In this document: positions 26,681 to 35,871 of the stretch, one piece after another
How the letters are laid out: each line of letters begins with the position of its first letter
Position numbering within the stretch: the first letter of the stretch is position 1
Origin: an uncultured Acidimicrobiaceae bacterium
Lineage (GTDB): Bacteria; Actinomycetota; Acidimicrobiia; Spongiisociales; ZC4RG35
Reading direction: 5' to 3'
Assembly (NCBI GenBank): GCA_964617995.1
Contig: CAZTXD010000003.1
Coordinates: 18,470-70,564, forward strand
DNA length: 52,095 nucleotides
Notes under the pieces: generated by a model
Databases searched by the model: none
Seen by the model: the letters and a program-made list of their open reading frames with translations, nothing else
Told to the model about the DNA's origin: nothing
Translations under genes and position numbers: made by a program

Positions 26681-27655
26681 TCAGTCGAGGCCCTGCTCGC
26701 CCCAGGCGAGCTCGGTCGAGGTGGACCCGGCGATCGCTCCCTCGATGACGTCGCCCACCACGGCCCGCAGGAGCGGGACTTTGTGACCGGTCATCGCCAG
26801 GGGCGAGACTCCGCCCACGGCCAGGGAGGCGACCGCCTCCAGTCTGTCGCCGTCGTCGATCGAGACACCGACCAGCGCCTCCTCCACCCGGCCGAGCCGC
26901 AGCGGCACCGGGGCGACTCCCCCGACTGCGACGGCCGCCCAGGCGACACGACCCGCCTCTACCCCGAGACGGCATACGGCCTCGACGATGGGCCACTCGG
27001 CGCGGATCCGCTCTGTGACCCGCCGATAAGCGGCCCTCTCTGCGGTCACCTGCGCCGGCAGTCCGACGGCGGTGAGCACCACGCCGTCGGGGAGGGTGTG
27101 ATCGCGGCTGCCGTCCCGGCCGTCTCCCATGAGTGAGGCCACCGACATCTCTCCGGTGGTGGTCTCGACCGTGCCGTCGTAGGTCAGCAGGACCATCGCC
27201 AGCGATGACGGGTGGGGGGCGACGCATGGTCCGAGGTCGAAGATGACACCATGCCGGTGATCCCCCGATCGGGCCGGGCAGTCGGATCCACCGGACTTGA
27301 GACACGTCAGCTCGGGATGCCGGTAGTAGGGGCAGCGGGTCCGCTGGAGGAGGTTCCCTCCGATGGTGGCCACCGCCCGGATCTGGGGGGTGGCCAATGA
27401 ACCCGCGGTGAGTGCCAGCGCGGGGTACCGGGCCATCACACGTCGGTCCCCGGCCACGGTGGAGACACGCACCATGGCACCGATGCGGGCGCCGTCGCCG
27501 TCCACGTCCAGACGCCGAAGCTCGTCGACACCCCGGAGGTCGACGATCTCTCCGTGGTCGATTCCCAGTCGACGACGGGCGATGAGGTCGGTGCCCCCGG
27601 CCCGGAAGCTTCCTGCGGCCGCCGTCGCCGAGGCCACGTCGCCGGGGCGGATCAC
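26681..27655 (-). CDS. FAD-binding subunit of a xanthine dehydrogenase-family molybdoenzyme, PaoB/YagS-like with a four-Cys insertion
   Basis: FRAGGTDLI and ATIGGNL FAD-binding motifs are present. The insertion RTRCPYYRHPELTCLKSGGSDCPARSGDHRHGVIFDLGPC supplies four Cys. The GTG start at 27655 overlaps the upstream stop (GTGA). Confidence 0.82.
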   Translation of the reverse strand: MIRPGDVASATAAAGSFRAGGTDLIARRRLGIDHGEIVDLRGVDELRRLDVDGDGARIGAMVRVSTVAGDRRVMARYPALALTAGSLATPQIRAVATIGGNLLQRTRCPYYRHPELTCLKSGGSDCPARSGDHRHGVIFDLGPCVAPHPSSLAMVLLTYDGTVETTTGEMSVASLMGDGRDGSRDHTLPDGVVLTAVGLPAQVTAERAAYRRVTERIRAEWPIVEAVCRLGVEAGRVAWAAVAVGGVAPVPLRLGRVEEALVGVSIDDGDRLEAVASLAVGGVSPLAMTGHKVPLLRAVVGDVIEGAIAGSTSTELAWGEQGLD

Positions 27656-30288
27656 CGAAAGCTCCCGGCCAGGTCGGAGGGACGTATCGGCAGCTTCCTC
27701 TGTCTCTTCCCGGTGGCGGCGGTGACAGCGGAGGCGACCGCGGCGGGAACGGCCACGATGGCGAGCTCGGCCAGGCCCACGCCGCCGCCGGGAACGTGCT
27801 CGAATCCCCACTCGACGAAGTCGACGCTCATGTCCGGGGTGTCGCCGATGCCGGGCAGGTGGTAGTCCTCGAGGTTGGACGACAGGACGGCACCGGTGTG
27901 TGGGTCCACGATCCGCTCTTCGTGGAGGGCCATGCCCAGGCCCTGCACCACACCTCCGAGCACCTGGCTGCGGGCGAGCGGGGGGACGTGGATAAGGCCC
28001 GCCGCCAGGGCGGTGTCGACGGCGAGGACTCGCACCGTCCCCAGGGAGAGGTCGACTTCCACCTCTACCACGTGGGCCGACTCGGTGAGGCCGAGCCCGA
28101 ACTGGACACCTCGGATCCGATGGGGAAAGGGGAGGATCCGGCGGGAGTCACGGGGCCGCCCAGCTGTGACCGACATCTCACCCAGCCGAGGCAACACCTC
28201 CTCCCACGACAGCGCCTCTCCGGCATGGACCACGCCGCCGTCTCCCGCCTCGATCCCCGGGCCGAGGACGTCTCTCGCCACCTCCAGGAGCCGCTCCCGG
28301 GCGAGTGCGGCCGCCTCCCGGGCGGCCGGCCACACCGATGCCGTGGTCCGCGAGCCGGCCGACAGCAATCCGGGACCGGTCCCGGATCGGCCCACGACGA
28401 CCTCCACCGACCCCGGGTCCACTCCGAACTCGTCGGCGACCGCCGAGGCCAGCACCGCCCGGCTGCCGTTCCCCATGTCCTGAACTGCGGCGACCACGCG
28501 CAGGCCTCCCGGTCCCGACTCCACCGTCACCTCTATCCGGGGGTCGTGTCCGTAGAACCACGATCCGAAGGCGACCCCCACCCCCCGGCGGTTACGGCCC
28601 GAGCCGGGAGCGGTCCGCCCACGCCACCGTGCATTCGCCTCCACCCAGTCATACATGGCGCTGCGCAGGGGCCGATCGTTCCATGAGCGCCGCAGGGCGA
28701 TCGGATCGAGGTCGAGCCGGGCGGCGAGCTCGTCGACGGCGCCTTCCAGGGCGAGGAGGGCCGGTGGTCCCCCCGGAGCGCGAAAGGCTGTGCCGGGTGG
28801 CGCATTGGAGACGGCGTCGAAGTCGAGAAGTGTCCGCGGCGCCCCCGGATAGACGAGTCGGGGGAGGAATGAGGCCACCAGGCTCCCCGCCGAAGCACCC
28901 GAGTCGGCCACCGAGCGCACCCTCAACGCCTTCAACCGTCCCGATGGCGATGCCGCCATCGCCACGTCGACGGTGGTTCCCGGCCGGTTCCCGCCCACGG
29001 TGAACTCCTCCACCCGGTCGAGGATCACACGGACGGGCCGCGAGGCGCGTCGAGCCAGGCGAGCGGCGAGAACGGCCTCGGGGCCGAGGGACTGTTTGGC
29101 CCCGAAGGCCCCACCGACGTAGTCGGCCACCACCTCGACGCTCTCCTCGGGAATCGACAGCTCCTTCGCGAGCCGCTTTCGGCTCTGTGTGACTCCCTGG
29201 GTCGAGAGGTGAACGACGAGGCGGCCTCCCGGTTGCCACTCCGCCACCGCCGCGTGTGGCTCCAGTGCGGTGTGGGAGTGGACGGATGTGCTCCAGCGGC
29301 CTTCCACCAGGTGGGATTCGTCGTCTTCGGCGGCATGCCGGAGGCGCCTGCTCACCAGCCACGGGTTGATGGCGCCGGGGAGGGTGGGGCCGACCAGGTT
29401 CTTGCGCCGAAGGCCCGGCATGGGAGGCGCCTCGTTGTTGGAGGGCGGGATCCACCAGCCGTGGACGTCCGGGGCTTCCTCCGCCAACGACTGGGGAGCG
29501 CCGACTGCCGACGGCAGCGGACGGAGAGCCACCTCGACCAGGTCGGCGGCTCTCCGCGCGGTCTCCTCGTCGACGGCGGCGACCCCTCCCAGTGCCTGGC
29601 CCCGGAAGCGGATCCTCTCCCCCGGCTCGGCCATCGGAACGAACGCCTCTACCCCCGGAAGTGCCAGCGCCGGCGTGGGGTCGATCGCCACCAGCTCGGC
29701 GTGTTCCCGGTGGGAGCGCACCATCCGCCCCACCAGTGCGTCGAGACGGACATCGGTGGTGTAGGCGGCGGCGCCGGTGGCCTTGGCCCGTCCGTCCGGG
29801 CGGGGCTCGAACGGATCGGTGTCGTCGAACATCCCGGCGCAGGCGTCGGATGTGGCCCGGAGGATGGCGTCGTACGCTCCGCAGCGGCAGAGATGCCCGG
29901 CGAGGGCCCGTGCCACCTCCTCTCTCGGCGGGCGCCGGGTCCCGTTGGAGGCGCGCCAGCGATCGAAGAAGGCCACTGCCTCGATGACGAACCCGGGGGT
30001 GCAGTAGCCGCACTGGAGGGCATCGTGATGGAGGAAGGCTGCCTGGATCGGATGCAGGCGATCGCCCTCGGCGACTCCTTCGACTGTGACGACGTCGCGA
30101 TCTACGAGATCCTCAGCCGGGAGGACACACGACGCCACCGGCACGCCGTCGACGGCGATGGTGCAGGCACCGCACACGCCGGTGCCGCACACCAGCTTCG
30201 TTCCCGTCAGGCCGAGCCCCCGCCGCAGCATCTCCACCGCCGATTCGTATGCATCGGGGATCTGGGCGTGGCGGCCGTTTATCGGCAT
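27652..30288 (-). CDS. Fused [2Fe-2S] small subunit and molybdopterin-binding large subunit of a xanthine dehydrogenase/aldehyde oxidoreductase-family enzyme
   Basis: The N-terminus has CGTGVCGACTI, QCGYCTPGF and CRCGAY (two 2Fe-2S sites). From about residue 160 it has R.DGRAKATGAAAYTTDV and the remainder of a ~720-aa Moco-binding subunit. No twin-arginine signal is visible. Confidence 0.88.
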   Translation of the reverse strand: MPINGRHAQIPDAYESAVEMLRRGLGLTGTKLVCGTGVCGACTIAVDGVPVASCVLPAEDLVDRDVVTVEGVAEGDRLHPIQAAFLHHDALQCGYCTPGFVIEAVAFFDRWRASNGTRRPPREEVARALAGHLCRCGAYDAILRATSDACAGMFDDTDPFEPRPDGRAKATGAAAYTTDVRLDALVGRMVRSHREHAELVAIDPTPALALPGVEAFVPMAEPGERIRFRGQALGGVAAVDEETARRAADLVEVALRPLPSAVGAPQSLAEEAPDVHGWWIPPSNNEAPPMPGLRRKNLVGPTLPGAINPWLVSRRLRHAAEDDESHLVEGRWSTSVHSHTALEPHAAVAEWQPGGRLVVHLSTQGVTQSRKRLAKELSIPEESVEVVADYVGGAFGAKQSLGPEAVLAARLARRASRPVRVILDRVEEFTVGGNRPGTTVDVAMAASPSGRLKALRVRSVADSGASAGSLVASFLPRLVYPGAPRTLLDFDAVSNAPPGTAFRAPGGPPALLALEGAVDELAARLDLDPIALRRSWNDRPLRSAMYDWVEANARWRGRTAPGSGRNRRGVGVAFGSWFYGHDPRIEVTVESGPGGLRVVAAVQDMGNGSRAVLASAVADEFGVDPGSVEVVVGRSGTGPGLLSAGSRTTASVWPAAREAAALARERLLEVARDVLGPGIEAGDGGVVHAGEALSWEEVLPRLGEMSVTAGRPRDSRRILPFPHRIRGVQFGLGLTESAHVVEVEVDLSLGTVRVLAVDTALAAGLIHVPPLARSQVLGGVVQGLGMALHEERIVDPHTGAVLSSNLEDYHLPGIGDTPDMSVDFVEWGFEHVPGGGVGLAELAIVAVPAAVASAVTAATGKRQRKLPIRPSDLAGSFR

Positions 30289-30298
30289 CCACCCGATC

Positions 30299-31420
30299 CT
30301 ATTTGCCGCTGCTCCGCCGGGCGGCCCATCCGGTGACGAGGCCGATCAGGAAAGCGACGATCGGGGTGCGGGCAGGCGGTTCGGCCGGGGGGACGGTGCC
30401 CAGGCTCTGTGCCTGCAACGAGGCCGCCTCGCGCTGGGAGGGGGCCATCACATCACCGTGCCCCAGGAAGTCGGAGTAGACCTTGGTCACCTCCGCCCCG
30501 AACAGGTAGATGATCCACATCAGGTTGAAGAAGAAGAGCAGGATGGCGGCACCCCCCACCGCCCCCAAGGCGCCCCCGCCCCCGAACTCGCTCAGGTAGG
30601 CGCCTACCAGGAAGGCGCCGACCAGGCCGATGACGGCCGTGAAGAGCCCGCCGCGTCGCGCAGCCTGCCAGGGGATCTTCGCTCGGGTGAGAAGCTGGAA
30701 CGTCATACCCACCACGACCACCATCAACACGAGCGAGGTCAAAGGCACCACCACTCCCAGCACGGTGCGCAACCACGGGAGGTCGATGAGGTCACGGAGG
30801 AAGTTGACCCCCGCCACCGCCACCAGCGGAACCAGCACCAGCAGGGCCAGGATGAGCGCCGACCCGAGTGCGATGGCCCGCTGGACGATGAGGTTGACGA
30901 ACCCCTTGTGACGCTCCTGGGGCACGTGGAACACGTGGTTGAGAACCGCCTGCACGTGGAGGAAGATCGACGATGCGCTGAAGGCGACCAGTGCGATACC
31001 CAGCCCGAGAGCCTGGGGAGCGGTCGCCGCCGCCTGGCAGGTGAGCACTGCGAGCTGGTCCGCCACCGCGTCACCGGCGACCTCGTGCACCTGGAGGATC
31101 ACACGGTCGAGAGGATTCGAGGGAGCCTCCCCGAGCATGGCCACTTCCGCCTCACGGCAGTTGACTCCGGTGAAGGCCGAATCCGACGACACGAACCCGA
31201 CCACCGCCACCGTGAGGAACAGGATCGGAACCAGCGAGAACAGCGTGTAGAAGGAGAGAGCTGCGGCAAACCGGGTCGCCATGTCCTCTCCGAACTCCTG
31301 GGCGGCCGCTTTCAGCAGCCGGAAGACCCGTTGATGAAGGGGGAGATCACGATGGGGCACAGACTCGGATCGTACCGGCCGTACACTCCTCGACTGATAT
31401 GCGGCACCCGTTTCCACCAC
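30299..31420 (-). CDS. YihY/BrkB-family membrane protein
   Basis: RFAAALSFYTLFSLVPILFL and a multi-pass profile are present. The true start may be the GTG of ..SVPHRD.., about 60 nt downstream of 31420. Confidence 0.7.
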   Translation of the reverse strand: MVETGAAYQSRSVRPVRSESVPHRDLPLHQRVFRLLKAAAQEFGEDMATRFAAALSFYTLFSLVPILFLTVAVVGFVSSDSAFTGVNCREAEVAMLGEAPSNPLDRVILQVHEVAGDAVADQLAVLTCQAAATAPQALGLGIALVAFSASSIFLHVQAVLNHVFHVPQERHKGFVNLIVQRAIALGSALILALLVLVPLVAVAGVNFLRDLIDLPWLRTVLGVVVPLTSLVLMVVVVGMTFQLLTRAKIPWQAARRGGLFTAVIGLVGAFLVGAYLSEFGGGGALGAVGGAAILLFFFNLMWIIYLFGAEVTKVYSDFLGHGDVMAPSQREAASLQAQSLGTVPPAEPPARTPIVAFLIGLVTGWAARRSSGK

Positions 31421-31431
31421 CCCTGCCCACC

Positions 31432-32427
31432 ATGGAGGCCCGCACGTCAGAGCGTTGGCCCAAAGGGGACTTCGCCTACGAGCCCAAGTGGGACGGCTTC
31501 CGGGCCCTGGCCTGGTCCGCTCCCGAGATCCGGCTCGACTCCCGCAACGAGCGGCCCCTCCTCCGCTACTTCCCCGAGCTGGAGCCGACCTTGGGGCAAC
31601 TGCCCGAAGGCACCATCGTCGACGGCGAGGTCGTGGTGGTGGTCGACGACGTAACCCGGTTCGACACCCTCCAGCAGCGGATCCACCCCGCCGAGTCCCG
31701 GATCACGAGACTGGCCGCCGAGACGCCGGCCGAGCTGGTGGCATTCGACCTGCTGGCCCTCGAAGGCGAGGACCTGAGAGGACTTCCCTTCCACCAACGC
31801 CGACGCCGGCTCACCGACCTCGCCGATCGCCTCGACCACCCCTGGCATCTCACACCCTCCACCTCCGAGGAGGACACGGCGCGACGATGGTTCGACGAGT
31901 TCGAATCGGCCGGCTGTGACGGGATCGTCGCCAAGGACCGGGACGGCACCTACCAGTCGGGGAAGAGGGCGATGATCAAGATCAAGCACCGCCGCACCGT
32001 CGACGTGGTGGTGGGAGGGTTCCGGGAGCACAAGGACGGCGGCAAGATCGGGTCCCTCCTGCTGGGGCTGTACACGGCGGACGGTGAGCTCTCGTTCATC
32101 GGCCACTGCTCCGGGTTTCCCGACACCGACCGTACCGAGTTGTTTCAAAGGTTCACCGGCCTGGCCGCCGACGAGTCGTTCGGGGAAGGGGTGCGGGTCC
32201 CGGGTGCCGAGAGCCGCTGGTCGGGAGGAAAGGACCTCGACTGGACGCCCGTGGTTCCGGGTGTGGTGGTGGAGGTGTCCTACGATCAGCTGGAGGGCGA
32301 CCGGTTCCGGCATGCCACCCGCTTCCACCGCTGGAGACCCGACAAGGATGCCAGCAGCTGCACCCTCGACCAGCTGGAGCGGCCCTCCGGACCCGGCTTC
32401 GGAGACGTGGTGGTCGGCGGTGAGTGA
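31432..32427 (+). CDS. ligC: ATP-dependent DNA ligase, stand-alone (LigC-type)
   Basis: Motif I is EPKWDGFRA, motif IV is DGIVAK and motif V is MIKIKH, followed by an OB-fold tail. There are no fused polymerase or phosphoesterase domains. The start is set at MEARTS. Confidence 0.88.
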   Translation: MEARTSERWPKGDFAYEPKWDGFRALAWSAPEIRLDSRNERPLLRYFPELEPTLGQLPEGTIVDGEVVVVVDDVTRFDTLQQRIHPAESRITRLAAETPAELVAFDLLALEGEDLRGLPFHQRRRRLTDLADRLDHPWHLTPSTSEEDTARRWFDEFESAGCDGIVAKDRDGTYQSGKRAMIKIKHRRTVDVVVGGFREHKDGGKIGSLLLGLYTADGELSFIGHCSGFPDTDRTELFQRFTGLAADESFGEGVRVPGAESRWSGGKDLDWTPVVPGVVVEVSYDQLEGDRFRHATRFHRWRPDKDASSCTLDQLERPSGPGFGDVVVGGE

Positions 32428-33339
32428 GTGACCACGTCGTCGTCGGTCGTCTCGACCGCAGGCCTCACCCACGACTACGGCCCGGTGGTGGCGCTGCAGG
32501 AACTCGACCTGGAGATCCCGCCCGGTGTAACGGGCCTGGTGGGAGCGAACGGCGCCGGGAAGACCACCCTCTTCCGGATCCTCCTCGGCCTCCTGCACCC
32601 CACCGCCGGTTCCGTGACCGTTCTGGGCACCGACGTCGGGGCGGACCCGCTCTCGGTGCGGAACCGCGTGGGATACATGCCCGAGGGCCGGTGCCTCCCC
32701 GACGAGCAGACCGCAGCGGACTTCGTCGCCTACACCGCCGAACTGGCGGGCATCCCACCGGGGGAAGCCCGCCGGCGCTCGTCGGAGACCCTCTTCCTCG
32801 TCGGCTTGGAAGAAGAGAGGTTCCGTTACCTGGGTGATTTCTCCACCGGGATGCGGCAGCGGGTGAAGCTCGCTCAGTCCATCGTCCACGACCCGACCCT
32901 GGTGCTCCTCGACGAGCCAGCCTCGGGCCTCGATCCCGAGGGACGTGACCAGATGCTGGATCTGATCCGCAGACTCCACCAGTTCGACATCAACGTGATC
33001 GTGAGCTCCCACGTCCTAACGGACATCGAACGCACGTCGGGATGGGTGGTGATGCTCGACGGGGGGCATCTCATCCGCTCGGGTCCGCTGGAGTCGGGTG
33101 GTGATCGCCGCAGCGTGGTGGCCGAGGTGCTGGAACGGCCCGACGAGGTGGCGACCGCTCTCGGGGCCCGCGGCTACGAGACCACCGTCAGCGGTCTGCG
33201 GATCGCGGTGACGGGCGACGACGGGGCGGTGGAGAGGGCCATCACCGAAGAGGTGGCCTCGGCCGGTGCCGGCCTCGTCCGCCTCGTGCGGGGTGCCGGG
33301 TCCCTGGAGGACGAGTTCCTGGCGGGGCGGAGAAGATGA
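32428..33339 (+). CDS. ABC transporter ATP-binding protein
   Basis: The GTG start directly follows the ligase TGA, and it is the only start codon before the conserved N-terminus. Walker A GANGAGKTT, signature FSTGMRQRV, Walker B LVLLDEPASGLD and H-loop SSHVL are present. Confidence 0.9.
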   Translation: MTTSSSVVSTAGLTHDYGPVVALQELDLEIPPGVTGLVGANGAGKTTLFRILLGLLHPTAGSVTVLGTDVGADPLSVRNRVGYMPEGRCLPDEQTAADFVAYTAELAGIPPGEARRRSSETLFLVGLEEERFRYLGDFSTGMRQRVKLAQSIVHDPTLVLLDEPASGLDPEGRDQMLDLIRRLHQFDINVIVSSHVLTDIERTSGWVVMLDGGHLIRSGPLESGGDRRSVVAEVLERPDEVATALGARGYETTVSGLRIAVTGDDGAVERAITEEVASAGAGLVRLVRGAGSLEDEFLAGRRR

Positions 33340-34220
33340 CAGACGAAGTGATCTTCGATCGTGGCTATCGCCGCTATGACGGCCTCCGGCTGGGGATGGC
33401 CGGTGCCCGGCGGGCGGTGGTGCGCGACGGTGTTCGTCGGGTGCTGGGGCTTCGTCGGAAGGCCCGGCGGAAGATACTCCCCTGGTCGTTGCTCGCCATC
33501 GCCACCACCCTGGCGGCGGTCTTCATCGGGCTCCACTTCGTCGCCTCGCAGCTGCCCGTCGACGTCGCAGCCGAGTTACCCCGATACGGTGAGCTGTTCG
33601 ATTTCTTCTCGTGGATCGGGATCCTGTTCATCGCCCTGGCCGGGCCCACTCTTCTCATACCCGACCGGACCCAGGGAGTGCTTTCAGTGTACTTCTCGCG
33701 GCCCCTGACGGTAGGGAGCTATCTGGGAGCGAAGCTGACGGCCTTCCTGGGCGTCACCGCCATCATCTACCTGGCTCCCCAGGTGGCGTTGCATCTCGGC
33801 CTCGCCTTTCTGGCTGAGGATGGGTTCCTGGGTTACCTGGGCGCCAACCTCGACGTGCTATGGAAGATTCCGGTGGTCGCCGCCGGTTACCTGGCGCTCC
33901 ACGGCGGGATCGTCACCGCCATCTCGGCCGTGGTGAACCGAACGGGCGCCGCCGCCGCCATCTTCCTGGGCATCCTCACCGCCGGAGGCTCGATCGCCTC
34001 ACGGATAGGCCTCATCGAAGCACCGATGACCCGCTTCGTCACACTTCTCGCCCTCGACCAGCATCCTCGTGTCATCCGGGACTGGGTCTTCGACATCCGC
34101 ACCAGCGACTACCCGGCCATCCAGGTGGGGTTCGAGCCGTGGGTCTCGCTTGTGGTGATTTCGGTCGTCGCCGCGGGAGGAGTCTGGTGGATCCACCGTC
34201 GTTACGGACAGCTGGCATGA
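33336..34220 (+). CDS. ABC-2-like permease
   Basis: ATGA overlap with the upstream gene. A basic cytoplasmic N-terminus is followed by about 6 hydrophobic segments. Confidence 0.7.
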   Translation: MTDEVIFDRGYRRYDGLRLGMAGARRAVVRDGVRRVLGLRRKARRKILPWSLLAIATTLAAVFIGLHFVASQLPVDVAAELPRYGELFDFFSWIGILFIALAGPTLLIPDRTQGVLSVYFSRPLTVGSYLGAKLTAFLGVTAIIYLAPQVALHLGLAFLAEDGFLGYLGANLDVLWKIPVVAAGYLALHGGIVTAISAVVNRTGAAAAIFLGILTAGGSIASRIGLIEAPMTRFVTLLALDQHPRVIRDWVFDIRTSDYPAIQVGFEPWVSLVVISVVAAGGVWWIHRRYGQLA

Positions 34221-35134
34221 CCGACACGGTCCTGCTCTCGGAAGTATCGAAGTGGTTCGGCCAGAAGGTGGCTGTATCCGACGTGACTCTCCAGTTCGGA
34301 CCCGGCGTCACCGGGCTCCTGGGCCCCAACGGAGCCGGCAAGACCACCCTGCTCCGGGTGATGACCGGACTCCAACGTCCCTCCGCCGGTTCTGTGACCG
34401 TACTCGGCGCCGACCCGCGCCGGGAGGTGGCCGTCTACGGGAGGCTGGCGATGGTTCCGGAGGACGAGGCCGTCTACGACCGTCTGTCGGCTCGCCAGTT
34501 CGTCCGGCTCAACGCCGAGTTGCGGAAGGTAGGCGACACCGAGGGGGCGGTCTCGGGGGCCCTCCACACCGTCGAGATGGAAGCCGACGCCGACCGGGAC
34601 CTGGGGGGTTTCTCGAAGGGGATGCGGCAGCGGGCGAAGGTGGCGGCGGCGCTGGTCTCCGACCCGGAGATCCTCGTCCTCGATGAGCCTCTCAACGGTG
34701 CCGACCCGGTGCAACGAGCCTCGCTCATCGATCTTTTCGTCCGGCTGGGCGAGGCGGGCCGGACCGTGATCGTGTCCTCTCACGTCCTGGGCGAGGTGGA
34801 GAGGATGGCCACCCGCATAGTGGCCATGGTCGACGGGCGTCTCGCCGCCATCGGCACCGTCGCCCAGCTACGGGCCGCCATGACCGACCGGCCCCGCCTC
34901 ATCCGGGTCGACTCCGACCGACCGCGCGAGCTGGCGACCTCCTTGATGGGCGTCGAGGGAGTGGACGGCGTGCGTCTCCGGGGTCCGACCATCGAAGTCG
35001 AGACCAGCGACGCCCTGTCTTTCGCTCATCGATTGCCTGGCGTGGCCGCCGAAACCGGCGTCGAGCTCCGTCGGGTCGAACCGACGGACGAGTCGCTGGA
35101 GAGCGTGTTCCGCTACCTGGTGGGAACAGGATGA
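34217..35134 (+). CDS. ABC transporter ATP-binding protein (second)
   Basis: ATGA overlap with the upstream gene. Walker A GPNGAGKTT, signature FSKGMRQRA, Walker B LVLDEPLNGAD and H-loop SSHVL are present. Confidence 0.9.
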   Translation: MTDTVLLSEVSKWFGQKVAVSDVTLQFGPGVTGLLGPNGAGKTTLLRVMTGLQRPSAGSVTVLGADPRREVAVYGRLAMVPEDEAVYDRLSARQFVRLNAELRKVGDTEGAVSGALHTVEMEADADRDLGGFSKGMRQRAKVAAALVSDPEILVLDEPLNGADPVQRASLIDLFVRLGEAGRTVIVSSHVLGEVERMATRIVAMVDGRLAAIGTVAQLRAAMTDRPRLIRVDSDRPRELATSLMGVEGVDGVRLRGPTIEVETSDALSFAHRLPGVAAETGVELRRVEPTDESLESVFRYLVGTG

Positions 35135-35865
35135 GGCGTGCAATCTTCCTCCACCAGTTCCGGATGCTGCTTCGGCCGGGTCGTCTGGTCGGGTTGGGGG
35201 TGCTGGCCGGGGTGCCGGGAATCGTCACTCTGGTCGTCGGCTCCACGGGTGGCGGGATCAGCCCCGAGGACGCCATCGGCATCGTGGCCGCGGTGGGAGC
35301 CACCACCTTCCCCATCGCCGCTCTCATCCTGGCGGGCGCGACGCTGCGAGACGAGAGAGACGACGGGACGATGCCGTACCTGTATCTGACCCCGATCCGA
35401 CGGTCGGGGCTGTCCGCCCTTTCGATCGGTGCCGCCGTCGCCGCGACCAGCCTGGTGGGGATATCGGCGGCGGGATTCGTCCTCGCCGCCGGACTGGTCG
35501 TGGGGGCCGATCCGGCGGCCGGCCTGGCGGCCTTCCCCTTGTATCTGCTGTCGGCAGTCGGCTATTCCGCCTTGTTCGTTCCCGTCGGGTATCTCATCCC
35601 GAGAGTCATCCTCACCGGGCTGGGATACGTCATCGTCTGGGAGCAGATCGTCGCCCGCCTCGTCACGGGTGTGGCCAACACCTCGGTGTGGCGGTTCGGA
35701 CTTTCGGTCTACGCCGACCTGGTACCGGCAGGCAGCGTCGAGTTGTCCGATGCGCTCGGACCGGTCGCTCCCGGCTCAGGGGGAGGCGGCGCCAAGATCC
35801 TGGCGGTGGTCGTAATCGGTTGGGCGGCCCTCACATGGGCGCTGCACCGCCGCGACGCGATCTGA
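35131..35865 (+). CDS. ABC-2-like permease (second)
   Basis: ATGA overlap with the upstream gene. The 244-aa protein is multi-pass and hydrophobic. Confidence 0.7.
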   Translation: MRRAIFLHQFRMLLRPGRLVGLGVLAGVPGIVTLVVGSTGGGISPEDAIGIVAAVGATTFPIAALILAGATLRDERDDGTMPYLYLTPIRRSGLSALSIGAAVAATSLVGISAAGFVLAAGLVVGADPAAGLAAFPLYLLSAVGYSALFVPVGYLIPRVILTGLGYVIVWEQIVARLVTGVANTSVWRFGLSVYADLVPAGSVELSDALGPVAPGSGGGGAKILAVVVIGWAALTWALHRRDAI

Positions 35866-35871
35866 CCCGGA

